The position numbers and the translations under genes were made by a program. Shown in pieces: positions 20,146 through 28,518 of a DNA stretch of 64,000 bases. Under the pieces are notes generated by a model. That model was not told the DNA's origin. It worked only from the letters and a program-made list of their open reading frames with translations, and did no database searches. Position 1 is the stretch's first letter. Each line of letters begins with the position of its first letter. This DNA is from a virus (Duplodnaviria > Caudoviricetes): IMG/VR virus record IMGVR_UViG_3300022752_000014; one strand, 5' to 3'.

Positions 20146-21063
20146 ATGAAGACCTACCAACAATTTGTCCTTGAAGCACGTAGACATAATCCACCTTATG
20201 GGTGGAAGTCTTCTGGTGGCGGTCCTGACGATAAACCAACTGTAAAAATTCCTTTATCGGGAGTAATGCAAGGTGGTTGGTTGGAGAAAGAAAAAGCAAA
20301 GAAAAAGGTTGAAGAGGAACTTGAAATTGAAGAGGGTATGACTCTCAAAGATTATAAGAAGAAGCGTAGTGCTCTCAAGCAAAAAGAAAAGAGAGCAGCA
20401 GATAAGATTGCTCCCAATCGCAGAAAAGATATTCATACTGATAGATATTCTCCAGAGAGAGCAGCAAGACATCGTGCTAATGTAGATCCTGATTTTGAAG
20501 GTAATGATGAAAGAAACTATCCAGGTGGCAAGTTAAATCCAAAGAAAGTTCGTAAGGCAAAAGCACTTGGAGAACTTGGTGAAGAGTTGGTAAATGAAAC
20601 CTCACTTACTCGTATCATGAGTAAGTCAAAGAAGGGCGGTATGGCAATCATGTCAGCTCAACGAGGTGACAAGTCAAAAGCAGAGAACAAGGCACGTTCA
20701 AAACAACTTGAAAAAGATGTAAGAGGTGCTGGTCTCCCTGGACCTACTAAAGTTGCTGGTAGATATACTGAAAATCCAGGAACCTCTCAGGAGAAAAAAG
20801 TAGGAGAGAAATCTCATGTTATTACTCCTGGCAAAAAAGGTAAGAGAAAATTTAAAAAAGCAATTGAAAAACTAGGTCAAAAGTACAATCAAGATTCTGT
20901 TCTAATCCAACGTAAAGCAGGTGGGAGTTCAACTCTCAAAGGAACTTCAAAGACCTCTTGGCCAGGTAAAGGAAAAAATGTTAAAATAGGAAGTATGAAA
21001 CCAGGTAGAACTGGTGAGTTTGATACTAAAGTTAAGAACAAAACATTTACTGTTGAGGATTGA
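20146..21063 (+). CDS. Late hypothetical protein with capsid-targeting-like N-terminus (MKTYQQFVLEA)
   Basis: 305 aa basic ORF; TAAATA at 20120. Confidence 0.75.
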   Translation: MKTYQQFVLEARRHNPPYGWKSSGGGPDDKPTVKIPLSGVMQGGWLEKEKAKKKVEEELEIEEGMTLKDYKKKRSALKQKEKRAADKIAPNRRKDIHTDRYSPERAARHRANVDPDFEGNDERNYPGGKLNPKKVRKAKALGELGEELVNETSLTRIMSKSKKGGMAIMSAQRGDKSKAENKARSKQLEKDVRGAGLPGPTKVAGRYTENPGTSQEKKVGEKSHVITPGKKGKRKFKKAIEKLGQKYNQDSVLIQRKAGGSSTLKGTSKTSWPGKGKNVKIGSMKPGRTGEFDTKVKNKTFTVED

Positions 21064-21064
21064 T

Positions 21065-21259
21065 ATGTCATTAAAACTTTCCAAATTTCCATTCGATCAT
21101 GTAGTTAAATGTGACACCAAAGAAATTTGGGTTACTTGTGATAGTAGTATTACTGCTATGGGTCTTCCTCGTTTAGTAGAAAAATATTATCCAGGATATT
21201 CTGCTAAAATTGCTACAAAAGAATATTTTGAGAAACTGAAGAACCAATTGGCAAACTGA
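21065..21259 (+). CDS. Hypothetical protein (64 aa)
   Basis: ATG at 21065 directly after the upstream stop. Confidence 0.65.
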   Translation: MSLKLSKFPFDHVVKCDTKEIWVTCDSSITAMGLPRLVEKYYPGYSAKIATKEYFEKLKNQLAN

Positions 21260-21298
21260 CCACTCGGGGTCCCAGCGACCCTTTTTTTATTTTATAAT
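21244..21298 (+). promoter_or_regulatory. Dyad box plus TATAAT promoter with no canonical -35 (copy 2)
   Basis: CCAATT-N4-AACTGAC dyad, GGGTC..GACCC hairpin with T-run, TATAAT at identical spacing to 17862. Confidence 0.6.
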
Positions 21299-21327
21299 GA
21301 CTTCAGTTGAAACAAACCACTCTGATT

Positions 21328-22428
21328 ATGTCTCGCATTCAAATGACCGACGATCAAATTATTGCCGATTTGAAGAGCACATTTGGTAAAGAATTTACCG
21401 CTGCAGATGTTCGCGGTTATTGTGCTTCTAAAGATATTTCTTATCCCACTGTTACCAAACGTTTGGAGCAGTTTAAAGTTGGTCGTGGTAAGTGGAATCT
21501 TGAAGTCACCCTTCAAAAAGTTGAAGAGATTGAACGTACTTTTCAAGCACCTGCAGTGATTCCTCCCACCGAACAAAATCTCATTCCTGATAAAGATGAT
21601 ACCTTCGTCAAGTTTGGTAACTTTGGTGATATTAAAAAAATTATTCAGTCCCGTATCTTTTACCCTGCGTTTATCACGGGTCTGTCGGGTAATGGTAAAA
21701 CGTTCTCGGTGGAGCAAGCGTGTGCTCAACTTAAGCGTGAACTCATCCGTGTAAACATCACGATTGAAACTGATGAGGATGACCTGATTGGTGGTTTCCG
21801 CCTGGTGAACGGTGAAACTGTGTGGCACAATGGTCCTGTGGTGGAAGCACTTGAGCGTGGAGCCGTTTTGCTTCTGGATGAGATTGACCTTGCTTCTAAC
21901 AAGATCCTATGCCTGCAATCTATCCTGGAAGGTAAGGGTGTCTTCCTCAAGAAGATCGGCCGCTTTGTGAAACCTGCCGCTGGATTCAACGTGATTGCCA
22001 CCGCGAACACCAAGGGTAAGGGTTCTGATGACGGTCGTTTTATCGGCACCAATGTGCTGAACGAAGCATTCCTGGAACGCTTCCCTGTGACCTTTGAGCA
22101 GTCTTATCCTGCTCCTGCAACTGAGCAGAAGATTCTGGAAGGCATCGCTCTGGACCTTGGTGTGGAAGACCGTGACTTCTGCAAGCGCCTGGTTGACTGG
22201 GCAGACATCATCCGCAAGACCTTCTATGATGGTGGTATTGAGGAAATCATCAGCACCCGCCGCCTGACCCACATTATCCGTGCCTACAGTATCTTCCAAG
22301 ATAAGGCAAAGGCAATCCAAGTGTGTGTGAACCGTTTTGATGATGAAACCAAGCAGTCCTTCTTGGAACTGTATGATAAGGTGGATGCTGATTTTCAACT
22401 CCCCGTTGACGCTGAACCTCAGTCCTGA
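21328..22428 (+). CDS. cobS: MoxR-family AAA+ ATPase (phage CobS-like)
   Basis: GLSGNGKT Walker A, LLLDEID Walker B, ATANTKG, LNEAFLERF. Confidence 0.88.
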   Translation: MSRIQMTDDQIIADLKSTFGKEFTAADVRGYCASKDISYPTVTKRLEQFKVGRGKWNLEVTLQKVEEIERTFQAPAVIPPTEQNLIPDKDDTFVKFGNFGDIKKIIQSRIFYPAFITGLSGNGKTFSVEQACAQLKRELIRVNITIETDEDDLIGGFRLVNGETVWHNGPVVEALERGAVLLLDEIDLASNKILCLQSILEGKGVFLKKIGRFVKPAAGFNVIATANTKGKGSDDGRFIGTNVLNEAFLERFPVTFEQSYPAPATEQKILEGIALDLGVEDRDFCKRLVDWADIIRKTFYDGGIEEIISTRRLTHIIRAYSIFQDKAKAIQVCVNRFDDETKQSFLELYDKVDADFQLPVDAEPQS

Positions 22429-22434
22429 TAGAAT
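22406..22434 (+). promoter_or_regulatory. Sigma70-type promoter
   Basis: TTGACG-N17-TAGAAT. Confidence 0.7.
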
Positions 22435-22483
22435 ATAGGGAGGTAAAAAGTGCCTCCTCTTTTGTCCTTTACTATGATTTACA

Positions 22484-23026
22484 ATGTCTGAAAAATTTAC
22501 TAAAAATTCCTATAATTCAGCAAATACTGATGTTCTTAATCTTGGAGCTCCTGTTGCTGCTCAAGATTTTTGGGAAGAGGACGGTATTAGTCTGACTGGA
22601 AATCCATATCATTCGCCAGATCAAATTGTTTTTACTGGTTCTGGCGTTCTTGGTGGTCTTGGAAATGACCATATTTCTCTCAATCCCTCCTCTACATTTA
22701 ATTTGACTGTGCCTGAAGATACTAACAAAAATGGTTTCTGGAAATATGAGGAAGATAAAACTCTGAAAGAAGTGGAGAGTTATCTTTCAAGCACCTATCA
22801 TTCTCACTACACTTCCGAAACTTCTAAAACTCAAACTCTTGATTTGATTGAGAGTATTGGTGATGCAGAAGCATTTACTCGTTCAAATGCTATTAAGTAT
22901 CTTTCGCGTTTCGGTAAGAAGAATGGTAAGTCTAAACAGGATATTCTAAAAGCAATTCATTATTGTGTTCTTCTCTATCACTTTGCTGGTCTTCATAAGA
23001 ACAACTCTAACAACTATCCTTATTGA
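22484..23026 (+). CDS. DUF3310/SaV-like protein (possible nucleotide-kinase-associated)
   Basis: HY..QTLDLIE..F.RSNAIKYLSRFGKK..QDILKAIHY motif. Confidence 0.7.
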   Translation: MSEKFTKNSYNSANTDVLNLGAPVAAQDFWEEDGISLTGNPYHSPDQIVFTGSGVLGGLGNDHISLNPSSTFNLTVPEDTNKNGFWKYEEDKTLKEVESYLSSTYHSHYTSETSKTQTLDLIESIGDAEAFTRSNAIKYLSRFGKKNGKSKQDILKAIHYCVLLYHFAGLHKNNSNNYPY

Positions 23027-23694
23027 TTATGAAACTTTCTGATAAAACTCTTTCTGTCCTTAAAAATTTCTCTTCTATCAATCAGTCCATCCTATTCAAA
23101 GAAGGCAGCAAACTTCGCACGATTAGTGTGATGAAGAATATTCTTGCTGAGGCAACAATTACCGAAGAGTTTCCTCAAGATTTTGGTGTTTATGATTTGA
23201 ATCAATTTCTTAATGGACTTAATCTTCACCAAAATCCTGAACTTGATTTTGCTAATGATGGATATGTCGTTATCCGTGAAGGCAAAATGCGTTCTAAGTA
23301 TTTCTTTGCAGATCCCAGTGTAATCATCACTCCTCCTGACAAGGCAATCAATCTTCCCAGTGAAGATGTGTGTTTTGAACTAAGCACTGAACAACTGGAT
23401 AAACTCCTGAAAGCAGCAGCAGTGTATCAACTCCCCGATATCTCTGCGGTTGGTGAAGGTGGTGTGGTGAAACTGGTGGTTCGTGATAAGAAGAATGATA
23501 CTTCTAATGATTTTGCAATTGTTGTTGGTGAAACTGACTCTGAGTTTGTTTTCAACTTCAAAGTTGAGAATATTAAAGTTCTCCCTGGAACTTATGAGGT
23601 AGTTGTATCTCAAAAACTTTTGTCACGTTTTACCAGCAAGAACCACGACCTGTGCTATTATATTGCTCTGGAACCTGATTCTACTTTTGGATGA
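23023..23694 (+). CDS. gp45: Sliding clamp
   Basis: LKNFSSINQSI, FGVYDLNQFL, YYIALEPDS. Confidence 0.95.
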   Translation: MIMKLSDKTLSVLKNFSSINQSILFKEGSKLRTISVMKNILAEATITEEFPQDFGVYDLNQFLNGLNLHQNPELDFANDGYVVIREGKMRSKYFFADPSVIITPPDKAINLPSEDVCFELSTEQLDKLLKAAAVYQLPDISAVGEGGVVKLVVRDKKNDTSNDFAIVVGETDSEFVFNFKVENIKVLPGTYEVVVSQKLLSRFTSKNHDLCYYIALEPDSTFG

Positions 23695-24215
23695 ACATCT
23701 TCGTAACGTCACCTTGGCCCGCTGAAAGTGCTGTCTGTCTTCCCGACAAACACATTGTCAAAATGCCCCTGGAATGCTGCCAAATGCTTTCCATTGTGGC
23801 ATCTGAAAAATGGGGTCATAACTACGGCACTCTTCCTAAAATTGATGGCACTCCCTATCGAACTGAAAAGGGTGCGTTTCGTAATCATCCCTGTACCAAA
23901 TGGGCATTGGATAGTATCCACAATGCCTATTGGTTGATTAAGTGGGGTATGAACTTGTGTGATGAGTACCAACTACGCTATAATAAAACTCACTCTTGCT
24001 ACAAGACTCTTGTAGATGCCTATTATCTTTTCCCCAAAGGAAAGATACCTGAAGTGACTCCATTTGCTAGGGCAATGCCTGAAGAATGGAAATTTGATGA
24101 TAGCATTGATACCTTTACTGCTTATAAAAGGTATATTGCTTCAAAACCTTGGGTGAAGGATAACTACCTTCGTATGCCTGAGCGTAAACCTGATTGGATT
24201 GATTATGAGTCGTAA
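23691..24215 (+). CDS. Pyrimidine-dimer DNA glycosylase (DenV-like family)
   Basis: MNIF..LPDKHIVKMPLECCQMLS, NHPCTKW. Confidence 0.75.
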   Translation: MNIFVTSPWPAESAVCLPDKHIVKMPLECCQMLSIVASEKWGHNYGTLPKIDGTPYRTEKGAFRNHPCTKWALDSIHNAYWLIKWGMNLCDEYQLRYNKTHSCYKTLVDAYYLFPKGKIPEVTPFARAMPEEWKFDDSIDTFTAYKRYIASKPWVKDNYLRMPERKPDWIDYES

Positions 24216-25152
24216 TGATTTTTTGTGGGTTGAAAAATATCGCCCACGTACTATTGAGGACTGCATTCTTCCCGATGCAACCAAACAAACTTTTAAAAAC
24301 TTCCTAGATAGGGGAGAAGTGCCAAATCTGCTTCTTGCTGGTCCTGCTGGATGCGGTAAGACTACAGTTGCAAAGGCACTATGCAATGAACTAGGAGTAG
24401 ATGTTTATGTCATCAATGGATCCGACGAAGGTAGATTCCTTGATACTGTCCGAAACAATGCGAAGAACTTCGCTTCGACCGTTTCGCTTTCGTCAACTGC
24501 TAAACACAAAGTCATCCTCATTGATGAGGCAGATAACACAACCAACGACGTTCAACTCCTCCTACGGGCGTCTATTGAGGAATTTGCTAATAACTGCCGA
24601 TTCATCTTCACCTGTAACTACAAAAACAAAATCATCGAACCCCTGCACTCTCGATGTGCTGTTGTTGACTTCTCTATCAAAGGTAAAGAGAAGGCACAAC
24701 TCGCTGCAGGTTTTTATGGACGCTTGCAAGACATTCTTCAAAAAGAGAATGTGAAGTTTGATAATAAAGTTCTTCTTGAACTGATTAATAAACATTTTCC
24801 TGATTGGAGGCGAGTTCTTAATGAGTGCCAACGTTATTCTTCGGGTGGCGAAATTAATTCTGGTATTCTTGCTTCTTTCTCTGATGTAAAAACAAATGAC
24901 CTCATTAAGTATCTCAAAGATAAAAACTTTACTGAAGTCCGAAAGTGGGTGGTCGGGAACCTGGACAACGACGCTAGTAATCTACTTCGCAGGGTTTATG
25001 ACGCCGCTTTTGATAATCTTTCACCCCAGTCTATTCCTGCTGCCGTTCTTGTTATTGCTAAGTATCAATACCAATGTGCGTTCGTTGCTGACCAAGAAAT
25101 AAATCTTCTTGCCGCTCTTACGGAAATTATGGTGGAGTGTGAGTTCAAATGA
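24205..25152 (+). CDS. gp44: Clamp loader large subunit
   Basis: WVEKYRP, GPAGCGKT, IDEAD, SRC. Confidence 0.96.
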   Translation: MSRNDFLWVEKYRPRTIEDCILPDATKQTFKNFLDRGEVPNLLLAGPAGCGKTTVAKALCNELGVDVYVINGSDEGRFLDTVRNNAKNFASTVSLSSTAKHKVILIDEADNTTNDVQLLLRASIEEFANNCRFIFTCNYKNKIIEPLHSRCAVVDFSIKGKEKAQLAAGFYGRLQDILQKENVKFDNKVLLELINKHFPDWRRVLNECQRYSSGGEINSGILASFSDVKTNDLIKYLKDKNFTEVRKWVVGNLDNDASNLLRRVYDAAFDNLSPQSIPAAVLVIAKYQYQCAFVADQEINLLAALTEIMVECEFK

Positions 25153-25430
25153 AAAACAAAAAACTAAAAGCACTCATTCAAAAACCCTTGCGGTTTCATC
25201 ATCAAGATATTCACGAAGAACTTGATGAACTTAAAAAACAACATCAGGTCAAGTCCAGATGGTATTATGTTTTCTGGGGTGCCTGTGCAGTTGCCGTTGT
25301 TGGTGGACAAATATATGTCGGAACTGGATATCGTGAAATGGCAGAGGCAACAAAGAAAACTGCAATTGCTGTGACTTGTCTTCCCCAATATATTACTTCA
25401 CCTAAAAATAAAGTGGGAGAGTTTGAATGA
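25149..25430 (+). CDS. Hypothetical membrane protein
   Basis: 93 aa with one hydrophobic segment (WYYVFWGACAVAVVGG); coupled overlaps at both ends. Confidence 0.6.
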   Translation: MKNKKLKALIQKPLRFHHQDIHEELDELKKQHQVKSRWYYVFWGACAVAVVGGQIYVGTGYREMAEATKKTAIAVTCLPQYITSPKNKVGEFE

Positions 25431-26275
25431 AATCACTAAAAACTCCTCTGAGGTATCCAGGCGGCAAATCCCGTGCTTGCGTAAAAATGGACCCTTACTT
25501 TCCAGATCTTCGTAATTACAAAGAGTTCCGTGAACCTTTTCTTGGTGGTGGAAGTGTTGCAATTCATATCACCAAGAAGTATCCCAGCCTAGATATTTGG
25601 GTGAATGATTTATATGAACCTCTTGTAAATTTCTGGCAGCAACTCCAGATGTTTGGTTCTGACCTAAAGGATAAGTTGGTAGATCTCAAATCAATTCATA
25701 ACAACCCAGCATCTGCAAAAGAACTGTTCCTCGCAAGTAAGGAGAAAGTTAATGACCAAAGTCTGCCCAGTCTTGATCGTGCTGTGGCTTTCTATGTTGT
25801 CAATAAGTGTTCTTTCAGTGGTCTCACAGAGAGCTCATCATTTTCAGAACAAGCCTCCAATAACAACTTTTCAATGCGAGGGATTGAGAAGTTGCCTGCG
25901 TATGCTACGTTAATTGCAAATTGGCGTATAACTAATTACTCGTATGATTATCTGATGGATGGAAACAAGGGTGCTTTTATGTATCTCGATCCTCCTTATG
26001 ACATTAAGGATAATCTCTATGGGCGTAAGGGAGCAATGCATAAAGGATTTGATCACGATAAGTTTGCTGCTGACTGCGATGCTTGTTCTATGCATCAACT
26101 AATCAGTTATAATTCAGATCAACTTGTAAAGGATAGATTCAAAAACTGGAGTGCCGCAGAGTTTGATCTGACTTATACAATGCGTTCTGTTGGTGAATAT
26201 ATGCGAGAGCAAAAAGATAGAAAAGAACTGTTGCTATTTAATTATGGAACTGAAGGATTGGCTCAACTCAATTAA
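25427..26275 (+). CDS. dam: DNA adenine methyltransferase (Dam/D12 family)
   Basis: RYPGGKS, EPFLGGGSV, DPPY catalytic motif. Confidence 0.92.
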   Translation: MKSLKTPLRYPGGKSRACVKMDPYFPDLRNYKEFREPFLGGGSVAIHITKKYPSLDIWVNDLYEPLVNFWQQLQMFGSDLKDKLVDLKSIHNNPASAKELFLASKEKVNDQSLPSLDRAVAFYVVNKCSFSGLTESSSFSEQASNNNFSMRGIEKLPAYATLIANWRITNYSYDYLMDGNKGAFMYLDPPYDIKDNLYGRKGAMHKGFDHDKFAADCDACSMHQLISYNSDQLVKDRFKNWSAAEFDLTYTMRSVGEYMREQKDRKELLLFNYGTEGLAQLN

Positions 26276-26612
26276 TTTTACAAAAGAAGATTTATCAGAA
26301 GATATTAAGTCTTATCCTCCATATATTATCAATCGTTGTTTATCCGGACATATTGATTGTTTGATGTATGCGAATGAAATGAATATGCATCATCAACTTG
26401 ATAAAGATATGCAATATTCTTTTTATCTAAATAGTTTGAGGAAAAAGAAGAGATTTTCTCCCTGGCTCCGAAAGGATAAGGTTACAGACTTAGAATGTGT
26501 TAAATCATACTATGGTTATAGTAATGAGAAGGCATCCCAAGCACTGAAAATCCTGACAAAAGAACAACTTAACTTTATTAAACAACGACTTGATATTGGA
26601 GGATCCAAATGA
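26244..26612 (+). CDS. gp62: Clamp loader small subunit
   Basis: MELKDWLNSIN, YPPYIINRCLS, YYGYSNEKA. Confidence 0.9.
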   Translation: MELKDWLNSINFTKEDLSEDIKSYPPYIINRCLSGHIDCLMYANEMNMHHQLDKDMQYSFYLNSLRKKKRFSPWLRKDKVTDLECVKSYYGYSNEKASQALKILTKEQLNFIKQRLDIGGSK

Positions 26613-27046
26613 CTACCACTGTAGAACCTACAGTTGAATGGGCTCAAGACCAGATGGTTGAGGTCATTCTAAATGAACCTGATGATTTCCTTAAAGTTCG
26701 TGAAACCTTGACCCGCATCGGAGTTGCTTCACGTAAGGAGAAAAAACTCTATCAATCTTGCCACATTCTTCACAAGCAAGGTAGATACTACATTGTTCAC
26801 TTTAAGGAACTGTTTGCTCTGGATGGTAAGCACGCTAACCTGACTGTGAATGACGTTCAACGCCGCAATCGCATTGTCCGTCTTCTTGCTGATTGGGGAC
26901 TAATCACGGTTGTAAAACCTGACAGTGTAAACGACATTGCACCTCTGAACCAAATCAAAGTTCTTGCATATAAGGACAAGGGCGATTGGATTTTGGAACA
27001 GAAGTATAATATTGGTAAGAAAGGAAAGACCGCAGAAGCAGAATAA
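26609..27046 (+). CDS. regA: Translational repressor RegA
   Basis: DFLKVRETLTRIG, LYQSCHILHKQGRYYIVHFKELF. Confidence 0.97.
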   Translation: MTTTVEPTVEWAQDQMVEVILNEPDDFLKVRETLTRIGVASRKEKKLYQSCHILHKQGRYYIVHFKELFALDGKHANLTVNDVQRRNRIVRLLADWGLITVVKPDSVNDIAPLNQIKVLAYKDKGDWILEQKYNIGKKGKTAEAE

Positions 27047-27094
27047 ATAGAACTGAGACCTTTCGTGCGGTCTCTACAAAAGTCGGAACACCCT

Positions 27095-27130
27095 AAAAAG
27101 AGGTTGGGTTTTTACCCTTCCTCTTTTTTT
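27095..27130 (+). terminator. Intrinsic terminator (A-run and T-run flanks, possibly bidirectional)
   Basis: AAAAAGAGG..GGGT-tttt-ACCC..CCTCTTTTTTT. Confidence 0.75.
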
Positions 27131-27152
27131 CGTATCTTATATAATTAGTAAT

Positions 27153-27208
27153 GGATGCCGAAAGGGTCCACAAAACACAAACTCGCTTTTAAAGGAGCTA
27201 CTATAATG
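27153..27208 (+). promoter_or_regulatory. ROSE-like RNA thermometer in the hsp20 5' UTR
   Basis: GGATGCC-GAAA-GGGTCC hairpin, then CTCGCTT-tta-AAGGAG pairing the SD with a bulged G (UCGCU motif). Confidence 0.65.
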
Positions 27209-27646
27209 TCTACATCAGGACTTATGCGTTATACTGCTGCGGATCTTCCTGCTCTGATGGAGAAGATTACTCGCAACTCAATTGGAATGGATGAATATTT
27301 TGACCGTCTTTTTCACTTACACGAAACCACTACTAACTATCCACCATATAACCTAGTCCAAGTCAGCAACGTAGAATCACGACTTGAACTTGCTCTTGCT
27401 GGATTTAAGAAGAAGGAGGTTTATGTCTACACACAAGATGGCAAACTCTTTATTGAAGGTCAAAAAGAAGATAAAGAAACGGAGTCCAACTATCTCCACA
27501 AAGGTTTGGCTCAACGGAGTTTTAAGAGAGCGTGGACGCTCTCTGATGATACGGAAGTACGATCAGTTGATTTTGAGGATGGGCTTCTAACAGTTACTCT
27601 TGGTAGGATTGTTCCCGATCACCACAAGCGAAAAGATTATCTCTAA
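27206..27646 (+). CDS. hsp20: Small heat shock protein
   Basis: NYPPYNL, LALAGF, YLHKGLAQRSF, DGLLTV; AAGGAG SD. Confidence 0.95.
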   Translation: MSTSGLMRYTAADLPALMEKITRNSIGMDEYFDRLFHLHETTTNYPPYNLVQVSNVESRLELALAGFKKKEVYVYTQDGKLFIEGQKEDKETESNYLHKGLAQRSFKRAWTLSDDTEVRSVDFEDGLLTVTLGRIVPDHHKRKDYL

Positions 27647-27659
27647 ATAAAAATAAAAA

Positions 27660-27836
27660 ATGAAAACTTTCGACGAGTTTCAACAAATAGCTTATTATGG
27701 AGCAGTTCCTCATACTGTCTATTCTCAAGGAAAATCTAAAAAAATTCCAAAAGGAAAAGCAGTCCCTGTAAGAAGTCGCTCAAGTGCGGGTGGCGATGGA
27801 GATGGTGGAAATGGTGGCGGGGACGGCGGTGAATAA
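27660..27836 (+). CDS. 58 aa late protein, MKTFDEF N-terminus and Gly/Asp-rich tail
   Basis: Read by hand; late promoter TAAATA at 27644. Confidence 0.65.
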   Translation: MKTFDEFQQIAYYGAVPHTVYSQGKSKKIPKGKAVPVRSRSSAGGDGDGGNGGGDGGE

Positions 27837-27860
27837 ATACTTTTGAATATCGTCGGCGTA

Positions 27861-27914
27861 AGAGGAGTTCCTGGCAAAATCCAGGTTGACTCCTCCTTTT
27901 TTTATTGGTAGAAT
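27861..27914 (+). promoter_or_regulatory. Terminator-like hairpin with embedded sigma70 promoter
   Basis: GAGGAGT..CCTGG-caaaat-CCAGG..ACTCCTC + T-run; TTGACT(27886)-N17-TAGAAT(27909). Confidence 0.75.
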
Positions 27915-27935
27915 GTATGGAGGTATGGAGTACAA

Positions 27936-28319
27936 ATGACGATCAAACTTTTACTTTTAAAGTCGGGAGAAGATATTATTTCCGACATTAAAGAAATGGT
28001 TGTGGGTGAAGATGAAGACCGAAGAGTGGTTGGATATTTTCTAAACAAACCTTGCTTGGTTAAAATGAGAGACCCTAGTCTTTTAACCGAAGAGAGCACT
28101 GAAGAGCAAAAGAAAGCAGCATATCAAGTTTCTTTGTATCCTTGGATGCCTCTTTCAAAAGATTACGTCATTCCAGTTGCCGCAGACTGGGTTGTGACTA
28201 TTGTAGAACCTATTGTAAAACTTTCAGAAATGTACGTGGAGGACGTTTTATCCCGTGGAACCGAAAACAATCAAGATACTAGCACTACTGAACAATCAAA
28301 TTCTAATAACACAGATTGA
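27936..28319 (+). CDS. Conserved hypothetical protein (Sm-like fold possible)
   Basis: MTIKLLLLKSGEDIIS; GGAG RBS; resembles ORF 13709 at the N-terminus. Confidence 0.7.
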   Translation: MTIKLLLLKSGEDIISDIKEMVVGEDEDRRVVGYFLNKPCLVKMRDPSLLTEESTEEQKKAAYQVSLYPWMPLSKDYVIPVAADWVVTIVEPIVKLSEMYVEDVLSRGTENNQDTSTTEQSNSNNTD

Positions 28320-28518
28320 AGAAGTTGGTGCTGACATTGGAGAACCAGACTGTAAACTAACCAATCCATTTGTTGTAAAAAACGACCAAACACTGGAACC
28401 ATTTTTACTTGGTTATACAAAACAAAATACATTTATGATGAGTTCGGAAAAGATTCTTACACTTGTAGATCCAACTCCAACTCTACTTGAAAAATATGAG
28501 GACTTGATTAAAGAATGA
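28255..28518 (+). CDS. Conserved hypothetical protein
   Basis: IGEPDCKLTNPF; coupled to gp43. Confidence 0.65.
   Translation: MEPKTIKILALLNNQILITQIEEVGADIGEPDCKLTNPFVVKNDQTLEPFLLGYTKQNTFMMSSEKILTLVDPTPTLLEKYEDLIKE

Noticed and set aside
21328-22428. Functional cobalamin biosynthesis from the cobS label
   Set aside because: No cobN or other cob genes in the window; the motifs only establish a MoxR AAA+ ATPase
27846-27895. Glutamine (glnA) riboswitch suggested by ATCGTCGG
   Set aside because: No matching GAAG..GAA..AACG 3' strand; the region is explained by a terminator/promoter hairpin
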